This document shows, in pieces, positions 48,630 to 57,840 of a stretch of 64,000 bases of DNA. The stretch lies in the NCBI GenBank assembly GCA_965219995.1, contig CBDCOX010000002.1, forward strand, positions 1,792,001-1,856,000, given 5' to 3'. Under the pieces are notes generated by a model. It had not been told where the DNA came from and ran no database searches. It saw nothing but the letters and a program-made list of their open reading frames with translations. The DNA is from Candidatus Latescibacterota bacterium. GTDB lineage: Bacteria; Latescibacterota; UBA2968; GCA-2709665. Both the position numbers and the translations under genes were made by a program. Within the stretch, counting starts at the first letter, position 1. Each line of letters opens with the position of its first letter.

Positions 48630-49268
48630 TCATTCGAAAGATATCCCAACCCGGGCAGGGAAGAGTTGCGTACTTCCCCGCTCTCCAGTTGTAAACCCGA
48701 TCTCAAACCGCCCTTCGACAAAGAGATGCACCCGGTCCGTAAGCCGGATGTCGATGCCGGCGCCGGCGTTTATCGCAAACCCGGTCCCGGACTGCCCGTC
48801 GACGTGAATCTCAACGCCGCCGATTTCGGTACCCTGTATATCCGCTTCCGAATACGACAACAACCCCAGTCCGGCAACCGCATAGGGCACCGCCCGAACA
48901 TCCAGATCGTCCGAATCGATTGTCTTGGTGTATTTCATACTGGCGAATGCGCTGAAGAGATGTTTCTGCCCGCCGCTCGTGCTGATCAGCACCTCGAGTG
49001 CTTCGTTCTCCGCCTTGAATTTGCCCTCATCCAGTGAGAAACGTGCGTATCCCAGACGGCCCTGGACGGCCATGCTGGGGTGAATGAAAACCTCCGCTCC
49101 CGCGCCCACGCCGATGCCGGGATACCAGAATTCCGAGACGGAAATCGATGCGGGAGCGGCGATTCCCGCCGTTACGAAATAGATCGGCTTCCGCTGCGCC
49201 GTCGCGTCGCCCGCCAACCCGCCGGACAACAATTGTACTGCGACAAAAACAGGCAACACTCTCATCAT
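48630..49268 (-). CDS. Outer membrane beta-barrel protein (OmpA/porin-like)
   Basis: Signal peptide, VPYAVAGLG, NAGAGIDI, C-terminal GISFE; AAGGAGG RBS. Confidence 0.8.
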   Translation of the reverse strand: MMRVLPVFVAVQLLSGGLAGDATAQRKPIYFVTAGIAAPASISVSEFWYPGIGVGAGAEVFIHPSMAVQGRLGYARFSLDEGKFKAENEALEVLISTSGGQKHLFSAFASMKYTKTIDSDDLDVRAVPYAVAGLGLLSYSEADIQGTEIGGVEIHVDGQSGTGFAINAGAGIDIRLTDRVHLFVEGRFEIGFTTGERGSTQLFPARVGISFE

Positions 49269-49299
49269 GGAAGTCCTCCTTGTCTCGGTAGCCGTCCGC

Positions 49300-50640
49300 C
49301 TACCGTCCAACCGCTTCCTGCAGCCTGCGCCATCCCTGCAGAATGGATGGGACCATCTGTACGGGTTGTCCGGCTTTACAGAACACGGCCCACAGCACGT
49401 CCCACACCTGCGGATGCCACTGGCACAGATCGATCCAGTCCGCACACGGCGTGCTTTCGCCTTCCTTCCGGTCCACGCGTCCGCCGATGACCGGATCATC
49501 CAGCGACCCGTTCCACATCTGATCCAGCAGGGTATGCGCGAACCGCCTCATATCGGCGTTGTTGAATACCACGCCGCGCCGGCAGGCATCGACGGCGAAT
49601 CCGATATCGATCCGCCCGTGGCTGGTATCTTCAATGGCGCTGTGCCCGTGGGCGCCGGCCTCGAACCAGTCCCAATAATACCAGGTATAGGCCCTGCCCG
49701 TCTTCCACAGGTGCCGCTTGAAATTCTTCGCCATCCGCCGCGCACGGTCTGCAAACAGCGGTTTCCGCGATACGCTCTGAAGCGACAGGTACGCCCGGGC
49801 CAGCGAGAGATATTGATTGTGCGGCATAATCCGGTTCGGAAACCGTTCCGTCATCCAGGGAGAAAACCGGTACCCGCCGGACGCGGGAGTTGAATCCACC
49901 CAGTCCCGCTCGTGCTTGTCGGCGATCTGCTTCCCGATAAAACGCAGGTACGCTCTCGCGCTGTCTCCGAATTCCGCCTTCAGCTCCGCATCCTTCAGGG
50001 CGTGCTCGACAAAGCGGCTCACGGGATGCAGAAACATCCCCTGGTGGACAATATACTCCAGCGGCTCGCCGGCGAAAACCTGGACCCAGAACCGATCTCC
50101 AGCGCGCGCCGCGCCCCGGATGCTGATCTTGAACGGCGCAAAACCGTCCAGCGTCGATCCTGGCCGAAACCGGCCGCCGGCCAACTCCCGCCGCGTTCCG
50201 TATTCCTGCACGGCGTACCGCCGCCCGGGGAGAATCTCCACCACGCGAAGCGTGTCCCGCGCCATATCCCCGCCCCGGATCACCCACACCCGTTCCTCCT
50301 CGGGCGTGATGCGCGCCGTACCCCGGTTGTGCATCGAGCCCGTTCTCACCAGCGCCACCGAGTAGGTCGGCGTGACCCAGGTCGCAACCCCGTCCGCAAA
50401 GTGGTCCTGCCTCGTGGCAATCATCCTGTCGAAGTGGCCCACGATCCTTTCCAGCCATCCTCCATCCCGTGTTGATTCGTAGAGCTTTACGTACGCATCC
50501 AGGAATCCGCTTTCACCCCACCCGAGGACCCCGGAGTCCGGGTTATCGGACTGGCCCTTGCCCTGGTTGTGCGATCGGTCATAGGCGGCGTATCGCTCGA
50601 CCAGTTCGTCGCGATCAAATGGAGCCGCGCACCCGGTCAT
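49300..50640 (-). CDS. Hypothetical protein, probable alpha/alpha toroid (six-hairpin glycosidase-like)
   Basis: Trp-rich helical hairpins (LGWGES..YVKLYE, PHNQ, YTWYYW, EDTSHG). Confidence 0.55.
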   Translation of the reverse strand: MTGCAAPFDRDELVERYAAYDRSHNQGKGQSDNPDSGVLGWGESGFLDAYVKLYESTRDGGWLERIVGHFDRMIATRQDHFADGVATWVTPTYSVALVRTGSMHNRGTARITPEEERVWVIRGGDMARDTLRVVEILPGRRYAVQEYGTRRELAGGRFRPGSTLDGFAPFKISIRGAARAGDRFWVQVFAGEPLEYIVHQGMFLHPVSRFVEHALKDAELKAEFGDSARAYLRFIGKQIADKHERDWVDSTPASGGYRFSPWMTERFPNRIMPHNQYLSLARAYLSLQSVSRKPLFADRARRMAKNFKRHLWKTGRAYTWYYWDWFEAGAHGHSAIEDTSHGRIDIGFAVDACRRGVVFNNADMRRFAHTLLDQMWNGSLDDPVIGGRVDRKEGESTPCADWIDLCQWHPQVWDVLWAVFCKAGQPVQMVPSILQGWRRLQEAVGR

Positions 50641-50893
50641 AACAAACCTCCAGCCTTTCGGACAGAAAAAAAGCCCGCCAACCGCCTTCGGCCGCCGGGC
50701 CCGTCATTGATAAACACAAGCAAGGACAGCGGTCAGTCCGCCCACCATCCGCAGGTTCGGGAGTCCGGTTGGGAAGGCGGGCGCTGAATGCTGATCACCG
50801 AGTGCTCACATTGAATTCGCGGACGCGCTACACCCATCGTCCCATACAAATATCAGCACTTTCAAGGTCGCCTCAGCCAGCCCTGAAAGCTAT

Positions 50894-53800
50894 CTACTGA
50901 ACGTAGAATCCGGTCTGTCTGTTCGAAGTCAGACCGCTGTTCAGGTCGGTGACGTCGATTTCGAGTATATACTGCCCCGGCCTGGTCGACTGCAGATCCA
51001 GCTCCATGTATATTTCTTCCGACTCCGAGTTTCCGATCTGCTCGTAGCCCACCGCAAGTTCCTGTTTTCTGCCGGTGAATACACGCACCAACTGGGAGAT
51101 GACCCCACTGGCCGAGCGCCCCTGGACGCCCTTGGGCCGAATGGTATACTCCACCTTGTACCGGGTCTGTCCGAATGCGTCTTTCTTCAGGCGGTAAATT
51201 TCATAGTAGACAAAGACACCCTGGTCCCGCCCGAAGGTGCGGGTGGGAATTGGAATGACGCGGAGACCGCCCTTTCTGAATTTCCCCGGTTTGTCGGACT
51301 CGACAACCGAATGGGCCAATTGCAACTCGCTCAGCTGCAGGAAGTTCCTGTCGTAGTTGTCAATCACGACTTCCTGACGGTACCGGCCCTGCCGTCCGGA
51401 CAACCTGTCCCTGACCTGCACCTCCATCCGGTAGGTGCCGGGAGGTACGCCCAGATCCACCAGATCGGGCACAAAGCCGCCGCGCGCGCCGGTCAGGTCA
51501 CCGCCCCCGCTGAATTCCAGATTGCCCTGCCGGCGGTACACCGCGCCGTTGCGCGGGTTGTTCAGCGCCACGGATCGTTGCAGAAACATCTCGGTTGCGT
51601 CCCGATCGGGCAGATACTTGCCTAACTTATACGGCGCCCCGAAATAGACCTCCAGCATCGACCCGAGTCCACGATCATCCTCCCGGAAGTTGGCCAGATC
51701 GTAATAGAATTCCAGCGGCAATTTTTCTTCAGGCGGCTTGTAGTAGTCCGGCGTTACCCGGGCCGCCTGCTGGGCCACGAACCGCGGATTGAACTGGTTG
51801 AACTTGGTCAACTGCTGCATGGGGATGCGCACGTCCATCGGCGGCGGCGCGTACTCGAACTCGCCGCGCATGTGTTCATCGGTAAACGTGATTTCGATGC
51901 CCCCGTTCACATCGGTATAAACCCAGACCTCCCAGGGGACCATCGACGCGTCGTCCTGTGAAGATACGGCCTTGAATGCAAAATCGTTGGGTGACTCGCC
52001 CACCGCCAGAGCGCCGTCGTTCATCTGGACGTTTTCGAACCGGAGCAATTCCAGAGACGCATCCGAGACTTCGTTGTCTGACGTAATTCCCGATTCGAAG
52101 GTGATCCCCGTCCGCTGCGCCTGGCTTCCGGCTACCACCCGTGAGGCTTCCGTGTTGCGCCCGGCAATGCTGAGATCCTCCACCTGCCGGCCGGCGGCGA
52201 AGCCGTCGCCCAGATTCGCGCCGCCGCTGAGATTGGATTTCAGGCTGCGCACCGCGTACACGGGCCCGCCCATGAACGTCATCTGGAGGGCAGCCTGCCC
52301 GTACATCTGCCGGGCAATGCGCTCACGGACCCGCTGCACTTTCAGGCTCTGGTTGTAATTCTTCATATCCGAGGTGGACCGGTAGTCGGGTTCCCCGAAT
52401 CGAATATAGACCTCACCCCGCCGGTCCCAGGGCTGCTTGCCCGACGAATAAGCCCCCAGCGCGTACCAGACCCGCCGGTAGTGTTCCAGCAGGCGTTCGT
52501 TGATCGCCGTCGTCAGGTCCGGGTCATGAGCCGTCCAGAACCGTTTGACCAGTTCGACGCGCGCCTGGCCGTCGGCCATGTCGTACGCACTGCGCTCCTC
52601 CGAAGACATCAGAAGTACAGGATCGCGGTACAGCGCCTGCTCTTCCGCCGTCGCCGCTTGCAGGTACTCCCTGAAATAACGGTCTGCCCATTCGAGCCGT
52701 CCCAGCCCCACGCACGCCTGTGCCAGCACGGCCATCACGCCCGTTTCGTCCGGATGTTGCCGGACATAGTCAGTCAGCAGGTCCACGATCCGTTCGTAGT
52801 TCCGGGACCGGAGGTACACCGCGGCCAGCCGCTGGCGGCCCTTGGGATCTTCGGGTTTGAGCGTCATGTATCGCGCGTAAAGCAAGGCCGCCCGCTCGAA
52901 ATCCTCCTCGTGCACCTCGTACCACTCTCCCAGAAGCAGATAGGCGGGCGCATACGTAGGATCTATGTCGAGCACCTTCTCAATATCGTACCTCGCGTCG
53001 TGTTCCTTCAGCCTGCGCCTCAGCCTCGCGATATTGTAACGCGCTTCCAGGTAGTCGCGGTTGTATTGTAGAGCCTTCGTGTAGTACCGGATGGCGTCGT
53101 ACCGGGCTTTGGGCCGCCTTTCGAACACCTGACCGAGTCCGTTGTACGCTTCCGCCAACCTGTGGTCCAGTCGAACCGCACGTTCGAAAGAACGCAGCGC
53201 GGCGTCCGGATTCTTCGACTTCAAATAGGCATAACCCAGCAGGCAATGCCCGCGTGCGGACTTCGGCGCCATCAGCGTGACCACCCTCAGAACAGGCACG
53301 GCCGCCTTCGCGTCGACCTCCAGCACTCGCGCACCCACGTCCAGCAACGAATCCACCAGCGTCCGACCCGCCGCCCGGTCCATGACCTCGAAACCGTCCC
53401 CGCGGGGAACCAGTTCCAGCAGCCGCCCACGATGATAGGGACTGATCACCATCCCCTCTCCGTCAGCAGCCCCCGACCGGTAGAAATAACTGATCGGGCT
53501 CTTCTTTCGATCTTCGGGCGACCTGAACAACCGGTCGAGAATCCGCTCCTCCGAGTCGTCCAGCCCGCCGGCCCGGGCCGAGCCCTTCAACACCTGCAGG
53601 TTGGCAGGCTGTCTGCCGTCGTTGCGCCGGCGGAATTCAAGAATCATATCCCCGATCGCGGACAGGTTCTCCCTGCCGACCCATCGCGCCCCCTGGTCGC
53701 CCGCCATCCGCGACCTGCCCGCCAGCAGCTTCGCGTATGCCATGGCGGGCTTGGAATAGAGGAGGTGATCTCGAGCCAATGATTCGAACTGCTGAGCCGC

Positions 53801-54352
53801 ATCGCGATAAAAAAGCTGCGCGTGGCGGAATTCCCACTGACGGAGCGCTCCGTACGCCAGCTTTACCGTCATCATCGCCTTCTCTACGCCCGCGAGCGAA
53901 CGGTTGGGCCCGTTGCGCGGCCCCCCGTTCTGCGCGGAAACCCACTCGACGTCCAGGCGTTCGAGTTCAATCTCCCCCGGACGTCGCACAACCGTGCCGT
54001 TTACCATCACCTCCCAGACCTGGCTCTCCACCATCGGCACCGCCGCCTGCCCCATCCCGGAGAGACGATAGTCCCGTAGCGGACGGTCCTTGTAGAACAC
54101 CCGCCGGCCGTCCGCGGATCTGCCCAGTTGCCCGGGGCGGCCCGGGAAGGCGCCCAGCCTGTGTTCGATCCCGCTTGCGTCCACCGACCACACTTCCGTC
54201 AAAGCCGCCTGCCCGTTTTCGTAGGAAGCGGTCCAGACCCGCTGGCCGTTGGACTCCGCGGCGACCGGAAGCGCCGTCCCCGCCACCAATCCGCAGGCGG
54301 AGAGCAGACCAAACGCAAGGTGACCGAAGGATATTTTACCTGAACCAGGCAC
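50894..54352 (-). CDS. Large secreted TPR + GWxTD-domain protein
   Basis: GTG start after GGAGG; signal peptide; TPRs; FWTAHDPD..NERLLEHYRRV..PWDRRGEVYIRFGEPD; paralogue of 14211-16433. Confidence 0.82.
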   Translation of the reverse strand: MPGSGKISFGHLAFGLLSACGLVAGTALPVAAESNGQRVWTASYENGQAALTEVWSVDASGIEHRLGAFPGRPGQLGRSADGRRVFYKDRPLRDYRLSGMGQAAVPMVESQVWEVMVNGTVVRRPGEIELERLDVEWVSAQNGGPRNGPNRSLAGVEKAMMTVKLAYGALRQWEFRHAQLFYRDAAQQFESLARDHLLYSKPAMAYAKLLAGRSRMAGDQGARWVGRENLSAIGDMILEFRRRNDGRQPANLQVLKGSARAGGLDDSEERILDRLFRSPEDRKKSPISYFYRSGAADGEGMVISPYHRGRLLELVPRGDGFEVMDRAAGRTLVDSLLDVGARVLEVDAKAAVPVLRVVTLMAPKSARGHCLLGYAYLKSKNPDAALRSFERAVRLDHRLAEAYNGLGQVFERRPKARYDAIRYYTKALQYNRDYLEARYNIARLRRRLKEHDARYDIEKVLDIDPTYAPAYLLLGEWYEVHEEDFERAALLYARYMTLKPEDPKGRQRLAAVYLRSRNYERIVDLLTDYVRQHPDETGVMAVLAQACVGLGRLEWADRYFREYLQAATAEEQALYRDPVLLMSSEERSAYDMADGQARVELVKRFWTAHDPDLTTAINERLLEHYRRVWYALGAYSSGKQPWDRRGEVYIRFGEPDYRSTSDMKNYNQSLKVQRVRERIARQMYGQAALQMTFMGGPVYAVRSLKSNLSGGANLGDGFAAGRQVEDLSIAGRNTEASRVVAGSQAQRTGITFESGITSDNEVSDASLELLRFENVQMNDGALAVGESPNDFAFKAVSSQDDASMVPWEVWVYTDVNGGIEITFTDEHMRGEFEYAPPPMDVRIPMQQLTKFNQFNPRFVAQQAARVTPDYYKPPEEKLPLEFYYDLANFREDDRGLGSMLEVYFGAPYKLGKYLPDRDATEMFLQRSVALNNPRNGAVYRRQGNLEFSGGGDLTGARGGFVPDLVDLGVPPGTYRMEVQVRDRLSGRQGRYRQEVVIDNYDRNFLQLSELQLAHSVVESDKPGKFRKGGLRVIPIPTRTFGRDQGVFVYYEIYRLKKDAFGQTRYKVEYTIRPKGVQGRSASGVISQLVRVFTGRKQELAVGYEQIGNSESEEIYMELDLQSTRPGQYILEIDVTDLNSGLTSNRQTGFYVQ

Positions 54353-54419
54353 GTACAGCTCCTCCCCGAGAATTCGGGGCCTGACGCGACGCGAGAACCT
54401 ACCCGGTATCAACCTCGAT

Positions 54420-54552
54420 GCGAAATACGATAACCGAAAAACCGGCCACAAAAAGCACAACTGAAAAAGACAAGAAACTACGAAACACGCGAATAACACG
54501 AAAAATAAAGGGCTGGATCAATTGCCACAAAAGGCACAAAAACACAAAAGGA
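54420..54552. repeat. Degenerate A-rich 9-10-mer tandem repeats
   Basis: CCACAAAAAGCACAA, CTACGAAACACGCGAATAACACGAAAA, GCCACAAAAGGCACAAAAACACAAAA. Confidence 0.65.
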
Positions 54553-54713
54553 GACGACTTCTGAAACCGGCCAGCGGCCTTAATAAAACACTGCGTACAC
54601 GGTGGTTCCGAGCAAGAGCCGTCTCTGGAATAGTGCGAATGGATATTACTAAAGAATAACGAATCAGGAAGAAAAATCAAAGCTGATTCTGTTACGCACG
54701 CCGTGATTCGCCT

Positions 54714-56687
54714 TCATTCCGACAGCAAACGAATCCGGCGGCGGGCTTCGGCCGAAACCTGCGAATCACCTTGCCACCGTTTCAGGAACTCCCGATAGGC
54801 GGCGACCGCATCCCCCGACCTGCCCTGTCTCTCCAGCACCTGGCCCAGATTGAAAAACGCCCTCGCGTCTCCCAGCGACGCGGACTTGCGATACGCCTGC
54901 GCCGCTTCTTCGGGCCGACCCGTGTTCTCCAACGCCACGCCGAGATTGAAGTGGGTTTCCTCATCATCCGGCAGCAAAACCGCTGCCTGCCTGAACCCTT
55001 CCACGGCCATCGCCGGCTCCCCGGCCCGCATGGCAGTCACACCCAGATTCATCCAGGCCTCGGCATATTGCGGGTCCAGACCTACGGCTTGCCGGTATGC
55101 GTCGGCCGCCTGCGCAAACGCCCCCTTCACGCCGTACGCATTGCCCAGGTTGTTGTAGGTCATCGCTTCTTCGCGTATCGACAGCGCCCGTTGAAAAGCG
55201 AGAATTGCCCGGTCCATCAACCCGCGCTCGGCAAACACCTGCCCTACCGCCTGGTGCATTTTCGCGCTCTCGGGATATGCCCGTACCGCACTCGAAAACA
55301 GGCTGAATTCGTCCTTCCAGTCCCGGTTTCGAACCATTGTGCGTGCGGCGTACCCCACCACCACAAGAGTAACCGAGATGACGACGCTGAAGCCGTACCG
55401 CCTGAACAACCGGTCGACCCCGACCCCTGCCAGTGCGAACACGCCGAGGACCGGGATATAGAGAAACCGTTCCTGCACCATTGAATTCAGAAGCAACACG
55501 GTCTGCGACACCCCGGCATACGGCACCCAAAAGAGCGCGCCACAAAAAAACAGCCGCGGACATCTTGCGAGCGATCGTATCCACAGGCACAGCCCGCCCA
55601 GACCCGCCACCACACCGGCGATCACTCCGGGTTCGAGAAAGGACAACGAAACCGGAATCGCATTGTACGAGTAATCCACCGACAGCCGCCACGGAAATAC
55701 CAGAAGGGAAACATAGTGCCAGAGAATCTTCCCGGCGGTCAGCAACCGCACTTCCAGTGAGGCCCCGTAGAGGGGATTTACCAGTTCGGTCATCCCACCG
55801 GGCGAAAAGCCAAGCCCCGCGGCCGTGTTGCGCACGACCAGACAGATCGCGAATACGCCCACAAAGCCCAGCCACCACGACCATCTTGTCCGTACCACGC
55901 CCGCAACCCGGCGCAGAACCTCGGCCCATCCGGGTCTGCCGGCCGACCAGGATAAAGCGGTCTCAGGCGCACCTTCCCGAAGCTTCGTTCCGCGCTCCCC
56001 ACTCTGAAACGCATCGCCCCCTCCAATCCCCATCCCCGATGCCAGGTCGTATACGACAACGAGGCCCATCAACGCGAGGGCGCTCTCCTTGCTGATCAGA
56101 CCGCAGAAGAAGGCGACAAGCGAGAGCGCATAGGCCCCCCGTGAACGGGAGGGATGCATATACGCCGCCATACCCGCCAGCAAGAATGCGCCGGCCAGCA
56201 GGTCGGACCGTCCAAAGGTCACACCCGCCGCCACTTCCGAGTGGATCGGATGTACCGCAAATAACAGGCCCGCAACGCCCGCAGCGAACCGGCTCAGACC
56301 GGCGCGCCTGCACAACCGCCACGCCAGCAGGCTGCAACACACGTGAAGAAGCACATTGGTCAGGTGATATCGAAACGGCCGAATGCCGCCCAGCGCGTCC
56401 AACAGAAACGTCAACACGGTCAGGGGCCGGTAATGACCGGTTTGGTTTCCGGGGTAACCCGCCCAATAGTGGGTTGTAAACACGCTGCCAAAATCCAGTC
56501 GCTCCACGAGCCAGCTCCGTACGATCAGGAATTGGTCGTCGTAAACCAGCCCGTTGCCCAGCGCATTCGCATAGACCATAAACGCGGCGATTCCCACCAG
56601 AGCCGGCCACGTGTATGTACCAGTCGGACCAGGGCCTTCGGGCGAGGGAGCCCGCTTCTTGCGCCCTCGGAAGATACGTTTCGCCAT
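54714..56687 (-). CDS. TMTC-like membrane protein (putative protein O-mannosyltransferase, DUF1736 + TPR)
   Basis: YDD loop motif, HYRPL, LFAVHPIHSE, GRSDLL, SKES, PWRLSVDYS, ERFLY, RNRDW then TPRs. Confidence 0.85.
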   Translation of the reverse strand: MAKRIFRGRKKRAPSPEGPGPTGTYTWPALVGIAAFMVYANALGNGLVYDDQFLIVRSWLVERLDFGSVFTTHYWAGYPGNQTGHYRPLTVLTFLLDALGGIRPFRYHLTNVLLHVCCSLLAWRLCRRAGLSRFAAGVAGLLFAVHPIHSEVAAGVTFGRSDLLAGAFLLAGMAAYMHPSRSRGAYALSLVAFFCGLISKESALALMGLVVVYDLASGMGIGGGDAFQSGERGTKLREGAPETALSWSAGRPGWAEVLRRVAGVVRTRWSWWLGFVGVFAICLVVRNTAAGLGFSPGGMTELVNPLYGASLEVRLLTAGKILWHYVSLLVFPWRLSVDYSYNAIPVSLSFLEPGVIAGVVAGLGGLCLWIRSLARCPRLFFCGALFWVPYAGVSQTVLLLNSMVQERFLYIPVLGVFALAGVGVDRLFRRYGFSVVISVTLVVVGYAARTMVRNRDWKDEFSLFSSAVRAYPESAKMHQAVGQVFAERGLMDRAILAFQRALSIREEAMTYNNLGNAYGVKGAFAQAADAYRQAVGLDPQYAEAWMNLGVTAMRAGEPAMAVEGFRQAAVLLPDDEETHFNLGVALENTGRPEEAAQAYRKSASLGDARAFFNLGQVLERQGRSGDAVAAYREFLKRWQGDSQVSAEARRRIRLLSE

Positions 56688-56819
56688 ACCTGCGGCTACC
56701 CGAAAAGAAACGGGCGGCGTCCGGACTCACAGTCCCGGGCGCCGCCCGTCGGTTCATACGCCGACAAAGCGCCGGATTTCATCAGGTTCCAATCAATCCC
56801 GCCGCTTTGCAGATGCGAC

Positions 56820-57812
56820 TTAGAACGTACCTCCGACAGAAACGCGGATCGGCGGATCGAACATGACAACACCGTCGTTCTGCTGCAGGAGCGAAACCGC
56901 CACGTCCGCCGTGATGGTACGGCCCCCGAAGGTCTGTTTCAGGCCCGCGCCCACGGCAATGCTCTCGAGGTCGTAGTTCCACTTCCAGCCGGCCCGCAAC
57001 GCGAGCGCGTTCTGCAGCCACAACTCCGCGCCGAAATGCCAGCGCTGCTCGAAGTCTACGAAAAACGCGCTCTCCACGGATGCCGTAAGGTAGGACGGAT
57101 CGCCCTTTTCACCGTAGACTTCCGCGGCAACGCCGATATTATAGACAAGCGGCAACAGGTACGCACGGTCGCCCGACTTCCGGTCAGGCCCGAAATTCCT
57201 GAACGCCATAGCGATGCGCAGGCTTCGGAAACCCGTGTAGAAGAAGCTGCCCACGTCCACCGTAAAGCCCGTGGTCTTCACCGTGTAGAGCTTCTCCTGA
57301 ACGTAGTTCGCCTTCGCGCTGAACGAGAACTTGTCCGTGAACTTGATCGCATAGAGCAGACCGACGGAGATATTATGTACGATCACGTCCTGGCCGGTCC
57401 CGTTCGGCTGATAGATCGTGGTCTCCTTCGACGGCTTCGGGTTGTGCGAGGTTACCGCAATACCGAGCACCTCGCCCCGGGCCGATCGCGTGTTCCACAC
57501 GGCGGCAGCCGAATACAGCTGGGTGTCGAGAAGAAACCGCGTCCAGTTCGCCTGGTAGGCCACGCGCTCCACGTGCACGAGCCCGGACCCGTTCCAGAAG
57601 ATCGCATTGATATCGTCGGCTACCGCGGTAAACGCGTCGCCCATGGCCACGGCCCGGGCGCCCTGGCCGATCTTCAGGAACTGCATCCCGGAAATGTTAA
57701 CTTTTTTGACACCATACTCTCCGGTCACCCCACCCCACTTCACGGCCAATGCCGGCGAAGCGGCAAGCAGCAGGGCCAAGACCGACGTAATGATTACCAT
57801 ACTTCTTTTCAC
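56820..57812 (-). CDS. PorV/PorQ family outer membrane barrel (T9SS shuttle-like)
   Basis: QFLKIGQGARAVAMGDAFTAVADDINAIFWN signature, terminal Phe. Confidence 0.85.
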   Translation of the reverse strand: MKRSMVIITSVLALLLAASPALAVKWGGVTGEYGVKKVNISGMQFLKIGQGARAVAMGDAFTAVADDINAIFWNGSGLVHVERVAYQANWTRFLLDTQLYSAAAVWNTRSARGEVLGIAVTSHNPKPSKETTIYQPNGTGQDVIVHNISVGLLYAIKFTDKFSFSAKANYVQEKLYTVKTTGFTVDVGSFFYTGFRSLRIAMAFRNFGPDRKSGDRAYLLPLVYNIGVAAEVYGEKGDPSYLTASVESAFFVDFEQRWHFGAELWLQNALALRAGWKWNYDLESIAVGAGLKQTFGGRTITADVAVSLLQQNDGVVMFDPPIRVSVGGTF

Positions 57813-57840
57813 GTCATTTCCTCCTTGTTTTGTGCGCCCG

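Noticed and set aside
54353-54499. Hydrophobic N-terminal extension of the 1201 aa ORF
   Set aside because: An artefact of translating the T-rich repeat strand; the RBS supports the GTG at 54352.
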